Position numbers and translations under genes: made by a program. The notes under the pieces are model-generated. The model was not told the origin of the DNA. It did not search any database and worked only from the letters and a program-made list of their open reading frames with translations. A DNA stretch of 38,422 nucleotides from the NCBI GenBank assembly GCA_024654485.1, contig JANLHO010000057.1:1-38422 (forward strand), in the 5' to 3' direction. Numbering within the stretch: the stretch's first letter is position 1; each line of letters opens with the position of its first letter. This DNA comes from Patescibacteria group bacterium. GTDB taxonomy: Bacteria; Patescibacteriota; Minisyncoccia; Phycocordibacterales; UBA2100. This document shows, one piece after another, positions 36,056-38,422 of this stretch.

Positions 36056-36114
36056 TGCGGCCAGTATATCACCCGACCCAATGCTCGGACTAATTAGGGC
36101 GCGATAAGGCATAC

Positions 36115-36158
36115 GCCACTTGTTTATAATCCGCGGGCGCGGATTATAAACAAGTGGC
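36115..36158. repeat. Perfect 21-bp-arm inverted repeat carrying TATAAT on both strands
   Basis: gccacttgtttataatccgcg-gg-cgcggattataaacaagtggc. Confidence 0.85.
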
Positions 36159-36214
36159 CGTTCTTCTGTCTCGGCTGTTCTAAAACACATGCCTTTGCGC
36201 GGCTTGCGCGCGGG

Positions 36215-36262
36215 AGTATACCCCCACACCAACTTTGTACAAAGTTGGTGTGGGGGTATACT
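36215..36262. repeat. Perfect 48-bp palindrome (family B) ending in TATACT on both strands
   Basis: agtatacccccacaccaactttgt|acaaagttggtgtgggggtatact; pyrB ATG 8 nt later. Confidence 0.9.
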
Positions 36263-36270
36263 TTCTCCCG

Positions 36271-37176
36271 ATGCAACACCTCATAGAGACGCAGCAATTC
36301 ACGCGGGAGTCCCTGAAGGAGCTCTTCAAGCTGGCGTCGTCCCTTGAGGGCAGGCGCGAGGAATCGCTCAAGGGCCTGATCATGGCCTCTCTTTTTTTCG
36401 CACCCTCTACTCGCACACGATTGTCGTTTGAGTCGGCCATGTACCGTCTAGGCGGCCATGTCATAACCGTTGACGGCGACGGGTCGTCGTCGCAGTCAAA
36501 GGGCGAGACCCTGGAGGATGCAATAAAGGTCATCAACCATTACGCCGATATTATAGTTATGCGCCATGGCGAAGTAGGCGCGGCCACTCGCGCGGCCGAA
36601 GTATCCGGCGTCCCCGTCATCAACGCGGGAGACGGCAACATGGGCCAGCATCCTACTCAGGCGCTCCTTGATCTATATACCATCCAGCGCGAACTGAAGC
36701 GCGAGGATGACATCCACATCGCTTTTGTCGGAAATCTCAAGTACTACCGTTCGGCGCGTTCGCTCGCGTACCTCTTGAGCAAATACAATGATATACGCAT
36801 AACGTTCATCTCCTCTCCGGAGCTTGTCATGGGCGACGACGTCAAGACGCACCTCAAAGAGAACAATATACCGTTCACCGAAACGGAGAATATGGCCGAA
36901 GGCATCAAGGACGCCGACGTCGTATATCAGACCCGCATCGCCAAGGAGTGGATACCCGACAAAAATGAGTACGAAAAACAGCGCGGTCGCTACATAATCA
37001 CGCGCGCCGTGGCCGACGCCATGAAAGATGATGCCATCATCATTCATCCCTTGCCGCGCGTAGGAGAGATAGAAGCCGAAGTGGACGCCTCACCTCACGC
37101 GGTATATTTCAGGCAAGTCGGCTACGGCCTCATCGTCCGGATGGCGCTTCTTAAGACGATACTCGGCGGGAAATAA
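36271..37176 (+). CDS. pyrB: Aspartate carbamoyltransferase catalytic subunit
   Basis: PSTRTRLSFESA, KGETLED, HPTQALLD, HPLPR. Confidence 0.97.
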   Translation: MQHLIETQQFTRESLKELFKLASSLEGRREESLKGLIMASLFFAPSTRTRLSFESAMYRLGGHVITVDGDGSSSQSKGETLEDAIKVINHYADIIVMRHGEVGAATRAAEVSGVPVINAGDGNMGQHPTQALLDLYTIQRELKREDDIHIAFVGNLKYYRSARSLAYLLSKYNDIRITFISSPELVMGDDVKTHLKENNIPFTETENMAEGIKDADVVYQTRIAKEWIPDKNEYEKQRGRYIITRAVADAMKDDAIIIHPLPRVGEIEAEVDASPHAVYFRQVGYGLIVRMALLKTILGGK

Positions 37177-37216
37177 GCCAGTTCGCGCACGACGCGATAA
37201 ATGATATTGTGTCGGG

Positions 37217-38419
37217 ATGAAGAAAGCGAACGTTTCCAAATCCACCCGAGGCGTATCGGCCTTGGGCCGAAAGGCTCTTGCGCTGCATAAAAAGCTCGGC
37301 GGGAAGATACGGGTTGTTCCGGCCGCTGTGGTGAAAAACCGCGCCGACCTCGCTCTCGTATACACGCCGGGGGTAGCCGCCGTCTCTTCGCATGTCGCAA
37401 AAAATCCGCAAGAGGCGCGTGAATACACGATAAAAGGCCGCACGATAGCTGTCGTCTCCGACGGCTCGGCTGTCTTGGGCCTAGGCAACATAGGCGCACT
37501 CGGGGCGCTTCCCGTCATGGAAGGGAAGTGCGCTCTTTTCAAAACCTTCGCCGACGTGGATGCATTCCCAATCGTCTTGGACACGCAGGAGCCGGAGGAG
37601 ATAATAGAGACGGTCATTCGCATCGCGCCCGCATTTGGCGGTATCAATCTGGAAGACATCGCGGCGCCGAAGTGTTTTGAGATAGAGAATCGTCTGATTG
37701 ACGAGCTCAACATACCCGTCGTGCACGACGACCAGCACGGCACGGCCATAGTCGTCCTCGCCGCACTCCTGAACGCGCTCAAGGTGGTGGGCAAGAAGCT
37801 TACAAGTGCGCGCGTAGTTATATCCGGCGCCGGAGCTGCCGGCACGGCCATAGCGCGTATATTACACGTGGCGGGTTCTAAGAACATCCTGGTGCTTGAT
37901 AGCAAAGGTATCATCGCGGAAGGGCGTCCCGATCTCTCCAGACACAAAATAGAACTCGCGACATTTACCAATAGAGAGGGCGAGACAGGCGGACTGCGCG
38001 AAGCACTGCAAGGAGCCGACGCCCTTATCGGAGTATCCGGCCCGGGGCTTGCGCGGGCGGCCGACATCCGCCTGATGGCGAAGAAAGCCATCGTGCTCGC
38101 CATGGCCAATCCAGTGCCGGAGATAATGCCCGACGAGGCCAAGCGAGGCGGGGCGCTCGTCGTCGGCACGGGGCGCTCGGATTTCCCCAATCAGATAAAC
38201 AACTCGCTCGTTTTCCCCGGCCTTTTCCGCGGGGCGCTTGATAACAAGGTAACGAAGATAACGGATGAGATGAAGCTAAAGGCTGCCCGTGCGATAGCGC
38301 GCCTCGTTCCGCGTCCGACGCCCAACAAAATAATACCCGACATGTTTGACAAGCGCGTCGCCCCCGCCGTCGCTAAAGCTATGGCGGGCAAGAAAGCGGT
38401 CGCCAAAGTCATCAGTTGA
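37217..38419 (+). CDS. NAD(P)-dependent malic enzyme
   Basis: VYTPGV, PVMEGKCALFK, INLEDI, HDDQHGT, GAGAAG, GRSDFPNQINN. Confidence 0.95.
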   Translation: MKKANVSKSTRGVSALGRKALALHKKLGGKIRVVPAAVVKNRADLALVYTPGVAAVSSHVAKNPQEAREYTIKGRTIAVVSDGSAVLGLGNIGALGALPVMEGKCALFKTFADVDAFPIVLDTQEPEEIIETVIRIAPAFGGINLEDIAAPKCFEIENRLIDELNIPVVHDDQHGTAIVVLAALLNALKVVGKKLTSARVVISGAGAAGTAIARILHVAGSKNILVLDSKGIIAEGRPDLSRHKIELATFTNREGETGGLREALQGADALIGVSGPGLARAADIRLMAKKAIVLAMANPVPEIMPDEAKRGGALVVGTGRSDFPNQINNSLVFPGLFRGALDNKVTKITDEMKLKAARAIARLVPRPTPNKIIPDMFDKRVAPAVAKAMAGKKAVAKVIS

Positions 38420-38422
38420 GTC

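Noticed and set aside
382..38412. Many long antisense or alternate-frame ORFs in the track (e.g. 5890-6819, 37090-38190, 29330-30022)
   Set aside because: They overlap confidently identified genes, lack motifs, and are expected shadows in GC-rich coding DNA

Overview
Bacterial genome fragment, most likely CPR/Patescibacteria (Parcubacteria-like). This is inferred from the absence of rpmD/L30 between rpsE and rplO, the lack of obvious Shine-Dalgarno motifs, many apparently leaderless genes and a stand-alone TraD/VirD4-like ATPase; the genetic code is 11. The window holds the end of rplW through the S10/spc ribosomal protein cluster to secY, then gmk-adk-map, purD, ndk, infC-rpmI-rplT, thrC, smpB plus tmRNA, ftsH, pyrC/pyrB, malic enzyme and several accessory genes. 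The main signals not explained by the gene list are: (1) 65-175 nt hairpin inserts in operon junctions that read as small stop-free 'bridge' ORFs; five run from just after the upstream stop to the downstream start, and a sixth ends overlapping the rpmI start. (2) A four-copy structured repeat family whose conserved 3' end abuts start codons. (3) A PaaX/Cas2-like gene bracketed by two ~38-bp palindromic direct repeats. (4) A candidate ~120-nt minimal 6S RNA. (5) Palindromes that appear to supply -10 promoter boxes. (6) A cysteine-synthase-like protein lacking the PLP lysine. All calls come from reading the sequence and recalling motifs; no database searches were run.
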